Shown here piece after piece: positions 1 to 11,600 of a stretch of 64,000 bases of DNA. The position numbers were made by a program, and so were the translations under genes. The notes below the pieces were generated by a model. The model worked only from the letters and a program-made list of their open reading frames with translations, searched no databases and had not been told where the DNA came from. The stretch is taken from the NCBI RefSeq assembly GCF_000143415.4, contig NW_003314416.1, positions 129,332 through 193,331 of the forward strand, written 5' to 3'. Position 1 is the first letter of the stretch. The number at the start of each line of letters is the position of its first letter. This DNA comes from Selaginella moellendorffii. Its lineage: Eukaryota > Plantae > Lycopodiophyta.

Positions 1-330
1 AAGAGGTTGCAGTTGTGGGCGGGATGCCAACGCATTCGTCCAGAAACTTGCACCAGAGTGGAGATAGACCAATCAAAGAAGAACAAAAATAAAGGACTCG
101 AAAGAGTCATTATTAATTTTTTTTAACCTGCGCTTAAACGAATAAGTGCATTTAGGAAATGCTTGTCTGGTTTCTGCATGAATACAACAGTTTCTGGTTT
201 GTTTCAATGTGGCCAAGAAAGAGCAGCGGCGATGACGAATTTCAAGCAAGTCTCAGAACCTCGATCTCTTGTGGCTATAACTAAGGTTTCTAAAGGCAAG
301 TAATAAGTATGGATTGGGTAGTTTCGCGGG

Positions 331-611
331 TGTGGTTTGCTGGAAACCTGGCGTCGGGAGGCCTTGCCGGTGCCTCCTCGCTCTTCTTTGTCTACTCGCT
401 GGATTATGCCCGGACCCGCCTGGCCAACAATGCCAAGGCTGCAAAGAAGGGTGGTGGCGGTAGCGGTGGCGGTGGCCGCCAGTTCAATGGCCTCCAGAAG
501 ACCCTGGCCAGTGATGGCATTGCCGGCCTTTACCGCGGCTTCAACATTTCGTGCGTGGGTATTGTTGTGTACCCGGGCCTCTATTTTGGAATGTACGACT
601 CTCTCAAGCCC
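331..611 (+). pseudogene. AAC: Partial duplicate of the ADP/ATP carrier exon
   Basis: Encodes [31 protein letters not shown]...RQFNGL...[20 protein letters not shown]. Near-identical to ~955-1245 but has a 12-nt deletion and YRG->YPG, and no flanking exons. Confidence 0.9.
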
Positions 612-879
612 AAAGTCTACAGGAAAAATACAAAGAGAAAGCAATTTTCACTTCTCGATTCTTAGAAATTTTGTGGAAGAACTTTACCAGCGAGGAAGCC
701 ACGGCGTGCATAGCGGGGACGAAGAATCGGAGGCCACTGTTGTGGTCTTCGTAGCCTTTGAAGAATATAACCATTGAAAATGTGTGGATCAATAGAAATC
801 CGAGTGAGATGAGAGCTGTTCTAACAAAAACACACACCAATTAAATAGTGTCATGCTCATTGTCTGGGTGTACACGCAG

Positions 880-1622
880 GCGCTAAACTTCGCCTTCAAG
901 GACCACTTCAAGAGGCTCGTCAACTTTAAGGCCGACCGGGACGGCTACTGGGTGGGGTTTGCTGGAAACCTGGCGTCGGGAGGCCTTGCCGGTGCCTCCT
1001 CGCTCTTCTTTGTCTACTCGCTGGATTATGCCCGGACCCGCCTGGCCAACGACGCCAAGGCTGCAAAGAAGGGTGGTGGCGGTAGCAGTGGCAGTGGCCG
1101 CCAGTTCAATGGCCTCCTGGACGTGTACAAGAAGACCCTGGCCAGCGATGGCATTGCCGGCCTTTACCGCGGCTTCAACATTTCGTGCGTGGGTATTGTT
1201 GTGTACCGGGGCCTTTATTTTGAAATGTACGACTCTCTCAAGCCGGTGCTGTTGGTTGGAGACCTCAAGGTGACCTTTTAGCTTGCTCCAGCAATCAATC
1301 GTGCTTTCTTCTTTGTGCAACAGGGCAACTTTGCTGCGAGTTTCTTCTTGGGCTGGAGCATCACCATTGCGGCTGGCCTTGCCTCGTATCCGATTGACAC
1401 GGTGAGGCGGCGTATGATGATGAGGTCTGGCGAGGGTGCCAAGTACAAGAGCTCAATGCACGCACTGAGGGAAATTATGGCCAAGGAAGGAGTCAAGTCC
1501 TTGTTTAAGGGTGCAGTGCTAACATCTTGAGAGCCGTGGCTGGAGCTGGAGTGTTGTCTGGCTATGACCAATTGCAAATGATCTTCCTGGGAAAGAGTTA
1601 TGGCTCTGGTGGGGGTGGCTGA
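880..1622 (+). pseudogene. AAC: Mitochondrial ADP/ATP carrier, 3' two exons (880-1269, 1324-1622), frameshifted
   Basis: [20 protein letters not shown] and the RRRMMM signature are present, with a GT-AG intron at 1270-1323. A 1-nt deletion near 1516 (GGTGCAGTGCT) breaks [25 protein letters not shown], which continues in another frame to TGA 1620-1622. No 5' exons are visible in the window. Confidence 0.9.
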
Positions 1623-1762
1623 CAAGCTAACAAGCTGGATGCAGATCTTGTTTTGTTCATGCTACTGCATTTAATGCTTTAAAGATCATAAAAGGTTTTC
1701 TAATCCATTGAAAAGTATTACTGCTATTGGTGCGGTCATTTCGAATAGTCGGGAAACCAGCC

Positions 1763-1907
1763 ATGATTGATCGAGCTGTGCAAAGTCTGGAATCAGAGGG
1801 CTACGAGTTTGTGGGGGAGTTGAAAGGTCTCACATACGATGAAGTGATCCAGCTAAGGGTGCCTGTCTTTGCTGCTAAGAAGCTTGAGCCGCACCTCAAA
1901 GTGCCAG
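1763..1907 (+). CDS. Putative SAM-like header exon, a possible alternative first exon of the downstream NTPase gene
   Basis: MIDRAVQSLESEGYEFVGELKGLTYDEVIQLRVPVFAAKKL resembles the SAM pattern (E.....L..LT..E...L......KKL). It ends at a strong phase-1 donor CAG|GTATGG (1908). Confidence 0.45.
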
Positions 1908-2104
1908 GTATGGCTTCTCTTGCTTCGCATTTGTTTGTATGGCTATGACTGTTGTGTTTTGTTCCTATGCCCCTCGTTTTCTCTTTGATCCATGTTGGCT
2001 AAAGAGTTACTTCTCTTGTTTATAATCAAGGACTTATTTAATATAACCCTAAACCCTAAACCGTCCATATAAGACGGTTTTAAGATAGGGTTTCAACTAG
2101 CAAA

Positions 2105-4957
2105 ATGGACGAGGAATTGGCTAAGGTGCAGGCTGAAATTGCGCTTCTTGAGCCGCAGATCCAAGCGGCTGGGGAATCTTTTCTCTCTGCCCTTCAGAGT
2201 GGCAATCAATCTCTGGCGGAATATTGGCGGAATGAAAAAGAGCAGCTGCGGAAGGAGAAAGAGCAGCTGCGGAAGGAGAAAGAACAGCTGCGGAAGGAGG
2301 AAGAACAGCTGCGGGAGAAAAAACTCCTCCTCCTCAGAAGTAATGGTAAGTCATTCTTTGTGTATTTAGCTTTCCCCCTCGATTTGGGGCGTTTTGCTGT
2401 GTGTCGTTTCCATGTGGCTAGAGGTTTAGGGCTTAGGGTTATGGCGTCTGTTGTTTCAGCCTATGGCGTCGTGTGTTTGATGAAGTGGCTATTGTGTCAG
2501 GCTTTTGTTCCTGGCCGTTTGCTTGTTGGGCTCTCGTACTGTTGGATTGTTGGTATTCTGCGATCTTTTGGAAATGATTAAATGGATCTTATTGCAGTCG
2601 ATTGGGTGTGGTCACACTATGTTGGCTATGTTGCTCACTCCTTTTCTTGTCTGAAACAGAAACAAAAACAACCATAACAGGATCGGCCATGTCACAGGTG
2701 TGTGATACTTCCATCTCCACGAAATCGCAGTTCATATCTCGGTTGGCAACTCACGAGTCGGGTTATAAGGCGAAATTTCCCTCGGCCCGGACACCCATAT
2801 GCGCGCTTAGTAACCTGCCATGCCTTCTATGGGAAGGCGTAGGAGATGGACTTGTGGAGCTCGACAATCGGTTTGCACAGAGGTTGTCAGAACGTCAGAT
2901 CACTGTGCTTTTGGCTCCCAGTGGTTCAGGAAAAACGAGAATGTTGATCGAACTTGCCTGCAGTAGATTCACCTTGTTTTTCACGGGTAAGCGTCCGATG
3001 GTTGGATTTGGAGGAGGATCGGATGATGTAGACAGGGTTGCCAGCTGGATTAAGGCTCGGTTGCCCGCAGGTGAACACGATCTTGATCCGAATCATGCAG
3101 TGGTGCGGTTTGGTGTTGGGATTTTGATTCTTGTCCGGTTGAAATATTTGAAGTTGCTGAAAGCGCTGAAACCTGGGCTTCATCCACGTGATTGGGCTTT
3201 TTTCCAATTGGAGTACCCGGCAGTTGATGATGTCTTCCGTGCTGCGGTTGAAGCCTTGATCGATTGTGTTCCAGTGGATCAGCAACTGCCTATGGATCAG
3301 CTGAAGGAGGTTATAAGGAATCTTGCAGATGACATTGGTTGGAAGGAGGGGGTGGTTGTCCTTGATGAGGCTCAAAGGCTGCTTCGTTGTATGAAAGGTC
3401 GATTCAAGTCTGAACTCAGTCCTACGAAAGGGCAGCCGTTGTTGAACCCCATGTTACTGGCTCTGAAGTCGTACGGTTTCTTGAAGAGCTGCTTGTTTGT
3501 TGCGGGCACCGGCACGAGTATGCTTAAGGTTCGGGAAAGACTTCAGTCAGGGACAGTGAAGCCTTACGATGTAAGCGAAATTTATAGCTTACCTGGCTTT
3601 GACGACACCAACATTCCAGCCTTTCTTCAACGGTTTATAGATATCAGCAGGCTGGACATGCCCGCGATTACTTCCATGTACACTGGAAGAAGGCGACTTT
3701 TGAGCACGGCGATTGAGAAGTACGTTGTGCAGGACAAACCACCAGAGGATTGGTTCCAAGTTTTCTCCTTGGAGTTGATCAACAAGACTGGGGTGGAGCT
3801 TGGACTTTTTCGGTCTTTAAGGGATGAAGCGGAGCGGGTGTGCGATGATCCAGAGACAGCACAAATGATTGAGGACATTCTGTTCACGTATTATCTTACA
3901 GGTATGTGTCACTGATTCTTCACAGATATATTCCTCATGCTGGTTTTTTCCAGGTTTTGGTCATGTTATTGTGCAGCGGAAGAGGAGTGTCATGACCTTA
4001 GTTGACTGTGGCTTTGCAACGCTGCTTGAGAGTGACTCCAGTGCCGAACCTTTTGCACCGATTATTCCACACATAAGAGGGGTGAGGGGTGATGAAGCCG
4101 GACCTGGTTCTTCAGGTCGGGCTAACGTGCGATACGTGATCCTTCAAGAGCCGATGATTGCAGAAGCACTCTGGGAACATATGCCTGCTGGTACAGTAAT
4201 GGAGCGAGTCATCAGCACAGCTGCAAACGCATCAGTCCCTGGCATTACCTTTGAGCGGTTTGCATGCATCGTGGGGGAGGCATTTGACAACAAGCTACCA
4301 GCTGAGGTTTTGGGTTTGCAGGAAACAGATGTGGTCTACAAGGAGGAGTATGAAGTTGTAAAGCCAAGAGGGCACTCGGGCGTGCTGGTTCAGGAGATTC
4401 GGACTGAAGAACAGTTGAACCTGTGGCTTGAAGCTGTTGAGGCTGGTGCATCGTTTGCTACTTATGCATGGCTTCGACCATTCCAAGAAGCTGGACCAGA
4501 TGGGATGTTTCTTCTCAGAAGCAAAGAGTCGCATAAGATGATGCCTGTGTTTCTACAGTTCAGGACCGGATCTGGGCTGGGTGTGACTCAAGCTTTTTCC
4601 TCACTCGACATCATGAAGATTGACAAGATGCTGCATTCAGGAGGAGCCTCTCGAAAACTAAAACAGTGGTGCTGGACTGGCTACCTTAGGCTGGTTGTTT
4701 CACTGAACCCACATCCAAGGGTAGGAAAGGTGGCCTTCGGAGATTTGTGGTGGAGTGAGCGAGCGAGAAAGGGGCGCAAAGAAATACCCCTGGTAAGGCA
4801 TATTTCATTTGATTTTTGACATGTTTATTTTGTTCTTCAGGTTTCACCTCTGTCGGGTGTTTGGGCTGGTCGGAAACTTCGGGGGATTGTCAACATGGAA
4901 TTGCTGGATGCTGTGGAAGAGGTGAAGAAAGGTTTGAAGAAACTGAAAAGGGGGTGA
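2105..4957 (+). CDS. Crinkler/RHS (CR)-type protein: coiled-coil header, P-loop NTPase, PD-(D/E)xK-like REase domain. Exons 2105-2345, 2660-3901, 3954-4792, 4841-4957
   Basis: All three GT-AG introns keep the frame to TGA 4955-4957. Walker A APSGSGKT, Walker B VVVLDEAQ, C-terminal GITFERF...AGPDGMF...FLQFR, and an N-terminal EKEQLRK heptad repeat. Confidence 0.75.
2236..2320 (+). repeat. 21-bp coding tandem repeat (x4) encoding a KEQLRKE coiled coil
   Basis: aaagagcagctgcggaaggag-type units are repeated. Confidence 0.9.
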
Positions 4958-5229
4958 AGCACTTTGCTTGTCTTCGGGCCACTCATAGTTCTGCCCTATG
5001 TCCCTGATCTTCTCTTTTGGGAAGGATTTGAAGAGTTTTTCAGGGACCACATTAATGAATCTCACTTTATGAAAACGTTGTTCCACATAATTCATTGATT
5101 GTTGCTTTATGGTTTTCGCTCTTGGTGATCTCCAGCGTGTTTCCCATGCTATCTAAATTTTAAAATTTGATAACTTAAACCATGTAGTTTCAGGTTTTAA
5201 ACTTCCCACACAAAAATATATAAAGTTGC

Positions 5230-7180
5230 AACCAAGCAAAAAGAATATGGCAACAGGCTAGCAGGGGCCAAAGATGGCATGAGGCTTCATGCCATTTTGA
5301 AATGTGGTCCTAAGCCATTCCGAGCCATGGTGAACATACTAGAAAGCACAAGTGCCGAATATCAAGAGGAAGTGGTAGCCACACCAAAGAAAATGCCGCT
5401 CGCAATGCCGCTTGCAATGCCGCAACTGCTCGTAGTGTCGCTCGCACAAACCGCCACTCACATAAACTGCTGCTCGCAATGGCGCTCGCAATGCCGCAAC
5501 CACTCGTAGCGCCGCTTGCACAAACCGCCACTCTCAACAATGCTCACAGAGCTGCGCATAAACCACAACTCACAATGCTGCAGCGCTCACTGCGCTCAGC
5601 GGAAGCAAGAAGACGGCGCACAAAAATGATAGACCTAGGAATGAGTGGGAGAATTCAAAAATGGCACATGCTTGAACGTCACATCAAATCCTCTGACAAA
5701 CCAAATCTTATAATTCCTCTGACAAATTTCAAACTAAAGAACATTGAGTAGCTTTTAGACTTTGCTGTCAGATCGTTGAACTTTGTCACATCATGTTCTT
5801 GCCTCGATCTAGCTGTGCCATGTCAGTGATTCTAACTTTGCCATGCCATGTCACCGATCTACACCAAGATTATTCGCTGTGTAAAAGAAAATTATGCTGT
5901 GTGAAGATGGGTATGTACTTCCATTTATGGCAATATAAGGCCACACGCCATTCAAAGAATAATGCATTTTTTGGTGCATTTTTGGGTTCAAAATTACATG
6001 CTATAAAGTTTACATGTGCCAAAAATAGAAACAGATAGAATTTCTTTATTTAGCTGGGAATTTAAATGGTAGAGGCATTTTTAGGTGCGGGTTGAAACTT
6101 GCATGAGCCCACACACTAGAAAATGAAGACAAAACATGCCCTTCCTTTGGTTGCTTAAAATTCAAAAATATTATAAACCTTTCTTATTGCATTTCAATGT
6201 TTTCAATTATGGTTTTTGATTTTCACAGAACTAGCCTAATCTATATGCATTCCACTGTCACCTTTATAGCTTCTAGAATCCCCAGCTAAGCTTTCCTTTG
6301 TCCTCTTCGCTAGCCTGAGATACATCTACTTATATAATGTGCTCGGCATCCGCCTCTTACAGCATTTGCCCAGAAAGGGCATCTTTAGGGTTTAGGGTTT
6401 AGGGTTTAGCAATTCAGTACAAGATGCTTGATAAACATGCAAATACACTTTGGTGAAACCAGACTTAGTGAAGTTGGTTTCATGTGATCCCACGTTTGAT
6501 TGTGGTGCCACTTTGCAGTGTCGATGGAAAGGTCAATGCACACTAAACTGTAAAATCTTGGAGCAAAATAACGGTTGGATCTATGGCAAATGCCCCCGAA
6601 ATATTGTAAGCCTCGTGTGGTCTCATGTGATGTCCGATCAAGATGCTGCTTTGCAGGCTCATCAAGAAGGGCATTGCATACCGTTTTGTAAAATCTAGGT
6701 GCAATCTAACAGTTAGATCTCCAGAAAAGTCCAAGAAACCTTGCGCGTGTCAGAATATTCTAGAAATATACTCCTATGCACCCCTGGAAATGGCATGTGG
6801 CCCCACGCCATTCAAGAGATAACGCAAGATGATGCCGAGCATCTTTTGGTGCATTTTTGGGTTAAAAATTGCATGAGCCCACGTGCTATAAAGTTTATCT
6901 TTGCTAGAAATAGAAAAGTTTATCTGTGCCATGTGAGGTAGTTACATTCCTTTGTGCTCCGCATCTACCTCTTGCAGCATTTGCACAGAAAGGGCATTTT
7001 TCTCCATTCAGCATTTGGGCCTAAAAATGGCATGCGCCCACACGCCACTCAAGGAATAACGCTAGAGGACACCGAGCATTTTTTGGGTTCAAAATTGCAT
7101 GAGCCCACACGCTATAATGTTGATTTGTGCGAAAAATAGAAACAGATAGAATTTCTTTATTTAACTGAACATCTGTCATT
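5230..7180 (+). mobile_element. Diverged internal fragment (intergenic/promoter region) of the Sola-like TIR transposon
   Basis: Collinear with 25500-28000 of copy A and the reverse complement of 60230-62080 of copy B. Carries the 22-bp palindrome (5274, 6790, 7027) and (TTTAGGG)n at 6384-6409. No TIR was found. Confidence 0.85.
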
Positions 7181-8631
7181 TTTGGAAATAGAATGCTACT
7201 AGTAGGGATCCCAACTCTGCTGGGAGTAATAGAGAATATTTTCAATTTGTAAAAATGTAGTTGTAATTGTAATTGTTCAATCTATTTCTTTTTTTTGCTT
7301 TCTCTTGGCAAGTTTATTTTATAGGTTGCTACTGAGACATACAACTTTGATTCCAATCTGTGTATTCTATAGCTTTACCAGGTTTGCAAGTCCTTCATGC
7401 CTTTTTAGTCATTTGTTTCCTGCACTAACTGGTTTTTCTCACAACAAGTTTAAGCCACAAAATCATGAACATCATGCAGCAATGGCAGTAGTGACAGTTT
7501 GCTGACCCTTCTATGAAAGTTCTTAAGCACAATTCTCAAGAATGGAGCTCTACCTCAGCTTCACAAAAATTGCTCAATGAAAAAAGCAACACTACTGGAA
7601 AACTTTATAAACTAAATGATGAGGAATTGAGTGAGCATGTCAAGGAAAAGACTACACATACCTCGAGTGGTCATTATCTAGAGAGCAATAAGAGCAGCAG
7701 GAGACTGGATTGATGCTGTGTAGCATTTAAAAGGCTGCAAAACAGAGGTGAGGCACCAGACACCAAGAAAAAGAAAAAGAAATGAAAAAATGATCAAAAG
7801 AATCATTGAACAAGAGCAAGGTAAGCCAAAAACATGCTTGGAAATCTCAGCCAGTATGAACAACAAAGTTCCTTACCTTCTTACTACTACCAGTTGCTAC
7901 TAAGATTTATAGCTTTGATTCTAAGCTATGCCTTTTACGGCTTTTGTTTTTTCTCACGACCAGCTTGAGCAAGAAAATCACAAATATCATGCAGTGACAA
8001 GTTGGTGACCCTTGTGTGGAAATCCACATTTACAGCTAAGTTCTTAAGTGTTGTGTTATAACTCTCAGGAATGGAGCTCTACCTCGGCTACATTCAAAAC
8101 TAAAGAATGATTGAAATCAGCAAACATGACAACAAATGATACCTGCTGATAAATCTCATAGATGGTGTCCTCTTTTTCGTTGCACCAGTGCTACACACAC
8201 TTTTGATGAGCATACTACCAAACACAAAAGAGAGAAAAAAAAATGAGGAAGAGCCAGAAACTGGCTTAGAACTCTTAGACGACACAAAGAACAAAGTCCC
8301 TACCTTCAACCTACTGCAACAAAAGCACAGGATTTTGGGATTCCCAGCCTAATCCTTTACATGCCAGATTCTACTTTTGCCCTGCTGGGATTTTAGCGAT
8401 GGTGGCTTTGCAGAGTGATCCTTATGATGGTGGTGATGCTGCTGAATATGAAAAAACTGGTTTTGGATCAGCAGTAATGAGCTGGTTCCATTCTGATGGA
8501 AATGGGATTTGCCTAAACCAACCCCAAGTCTCTTGATGTCCGTGTGTGGAGAGCAAAGAACACAACCAGCACGTCTTTGATTCCATGGCAGCCAAGAGCA
8601 TTGCGCCAAGGATTACAGCCAGGTAAGAGAT

Positions 8632-11600
8632 TGTAAGCAACTAATTTTTCCATTCTACTTTAGTCACTTAACCGCACCTCTGACCACTTGGAGGAGTCTC
8701 ATCCACAACCTCTATAAGTCCCATTCAAGACTTGGGGCTTGCTAGCCCTGAGAATGGCATCCATGCCACTCAACCTTTGCACTTGGTCCAAGTGCTCCAC
8801 GTGTCCGATCCCATGACCGACACCCCAAGGTACCACCAACATATCAGCCCGTTACGCTAGGCCATGCCCATTCACCTTGGTCATATCGGTGGTCCAATGC
8901 CACCTGCATTGCAATCCCGTTTCTCAAGGACTGGGCCATTCATCCTTGAGTGGTCATCCCAGATGCACTCCTTAGCATCCTTAGGATGCCTGTAGACATG
9001 GGGAGTAGCCTTCCCTAATATCTCCGTTCTAGTCCTCACCAAGTTCCTTTTTGTCCTTGGCCGTGTTTGCCAACACTGCCATTAGATAAAGGCCCACGGC
9101 CCGACCACTAAGTCCCACTGTCCTCTAGGACTTCCTCATTGTGTGACTGTGTCCTTGGTCACCACACCAGAGGGCTACTCCTTTTCCTTTCCACAGTCTG
9201 GGATTTTGGAACAACATTTTGGAACACCGTGGCCCTACGCGGGCCTCATGGGTACTCTTCCTGCCTTCCGCATTTAGGTGCTCTAGCCATGGGCTTAGAG
9301 CGAGGTTCCGTTGAGCCATGCTAAGTATCCAAGTAGGTAGTGCCACCCACACTAGGACTGGGAGCATCGGCTAGTCGATCTCCCAGGGGAACTAGAGCTG
9401 GCTCTTGAACACTTCACCAAGCTACCCCACTTGTCGGTCCGTATTCACTCTAGTCTTAGACTTCCCAGTGGTCAGTTCATCACCCAACACTGGGTATGGC
9501 CTTCCTGGACCAAACTGGCCTTTCTGGGCCAAACTGGCCTTTCCTAGGCCAAATTGGCCTTTCCTGGCCAAACTGGCTCCATTGGGCTCCAACCCCCACA
9601 CTCTCCCTACTATACTTTTGGAACCCCCCGCAGCCGCCCCCCCCCCCCTAGGGACGATCGCTTTGGGCTTTCACCCAACAGCCTATATTAGTATTCGGAC
9701 TCGGACTCGGACTCGGACTCGGACTCACACTCGCACTCGGTCCCAGTCCTGGTTTCGGACTCGGACTCAGTCTCGGTCTCAGTTCCATCTTGGACTCCAT
9801 CTTGGGTCCATCTCGGACTCCATCTTGGACTCCATCTCGGGTCCATCTCAGACTCCATCTCAGACTCCATCTCGGGTCCATCTCGGACTCCATCTTGGGT
9901 CCATCTTGGGTCCATCTTGGACTCCATCTCGTGTTCCTTTTCTAGAGACTCACTCATTGCTCGCTTTGTGCTTGCTCCTCGAGCACTTCGTTGGGAGTTC
10001 CACTCCCACTCTTGACCTTTTCAAGTTAGAGCTTTTAGTCCAAACATGTTATGCTTATTTGGTTTTCGCTTCAGCCACTACCATGTGGCACCCTTTCGGC
10101 TCCACTTTTGGGCCCTAGGGATTTTATATCTCACAACTCCACCACCCATAGATGAAGTTCGATGTCCTCATTGAACAGTAAACCCTTTTATAAAGTAACA
10201 CTTTCATGTATTACCATTTCCATCCTTGGCACCTAGCCAATATTTGTCTATGGTTTGACACTGAAGGCTCACCATGCCTTGTCCATCCTTTAAGGGGCAT
10301 AGTCTCTCCATCATAGAAATTCATTTGACCACCTAGGGTGGTTTTCTCCCTTTTATTGGTTCAGTTCTTGCTAAACCCGTTAGAGACACCTTCTCTAACT
10401 CAATTCCACTCTCATTCTCGAGTAATCTCCGATTCCATCGACATAACCTTTGCACTTTGGAACTTTTAATTTTGGCTTCTCAGAGTCAATTTCCTAGGTG
10501 TCTCCGACACCTTACGTTGCACATGGTGCAACTCCACTGCCCCATCCTAGGAAGTCCTTTATTTGAGGGCACCATCATCCTCTCTTCGATATCGTGCCAC
10601 CTTTGGCACTAAGTTCCAGTTATCATAATTTGTGCTAGGGCTGCCCACGGCCTTATTATTTGGCTACCTTACCGCTCCCCCCCTTGGAGCTTCCACTTTC
10701 GCCAAATCAGAGCGATTGAGAATCCATCCTTGGGAAAACATTGCCTTTCCCACAATCCGTTAGCACCCAACACATTAGTGTTCTCAGCCTAACTTTGCCA
10801 TTTGGATTCTTTCCGATGATTCCCATAGCTCTTTTCTTAGCCACTAGTTTTTTTGCTCTTATCCTTGATTGTTGCACCCAGCAACATAGGATGGTTACCT
10901 CCATTTTCGAGGTATCCTTTCGGTTCCATAGCGAAGGCTTTTGCTTCACCAAGTCCAGAGGGTGTTCACCCCTAGTACGTCTCTTTAGCATTTTCTACTG
11001 TGGGCTTATCCACAGCCCAACTTTGTGACCCTCCCACGGGTCTTTTATAAATACTACTTTTTTCGGACTCACTATGCTATCGCTTTGACATAGCTCATTT
11101 CCTTTAAGTGTTCTTCCTACTTGGTCCCCTTGCCCAAGCCACACCATTATCAATAGTTCAAATCAACACTTTGAACTAGAAACTTTATTCCTTAATCTCA
11201 CAAGGACTTTGTCCTTGTTTTAGCCATAAGATCACCTAATGATCTAACCTTGGCACCTTAACAGGTTTGCCAATAGGTACTAGATCTTCTAGACCTTTAA
11301 GTTGTTCACTATGACCCCAGGGGCATCCCCCACACTTGGGGGTGTGCCCAAGCCAGCCCTTCCAACCAAAGGTCCATAGCAACTGAGACTGGGTGTCCCC
11401 ATCTCATTCACCACGCCCTTAGTGCTACTAGCACCAAGTGTTTAAGTTAATATGCCGAGCCACACTAAGCAATCTAACTGTGCATCATGACTCCGGGGCA
11501 TCCCTCGCTTGGCGGTATGCCTAAGTTAGTCTCCTTATTAAAAGTCCATAACCACCGAAAAATGAGTGTCCTCATATTCCAAACCATTACCTCACCCTAG

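Noticed and set aside
7200-8631. Possible host gene with duplicated blocks (7460-7560 vs 7975-8090) and donor-like sites
   Set aside because: Stops in all frames and no recognisable motif; at most an unidentifiable relic.
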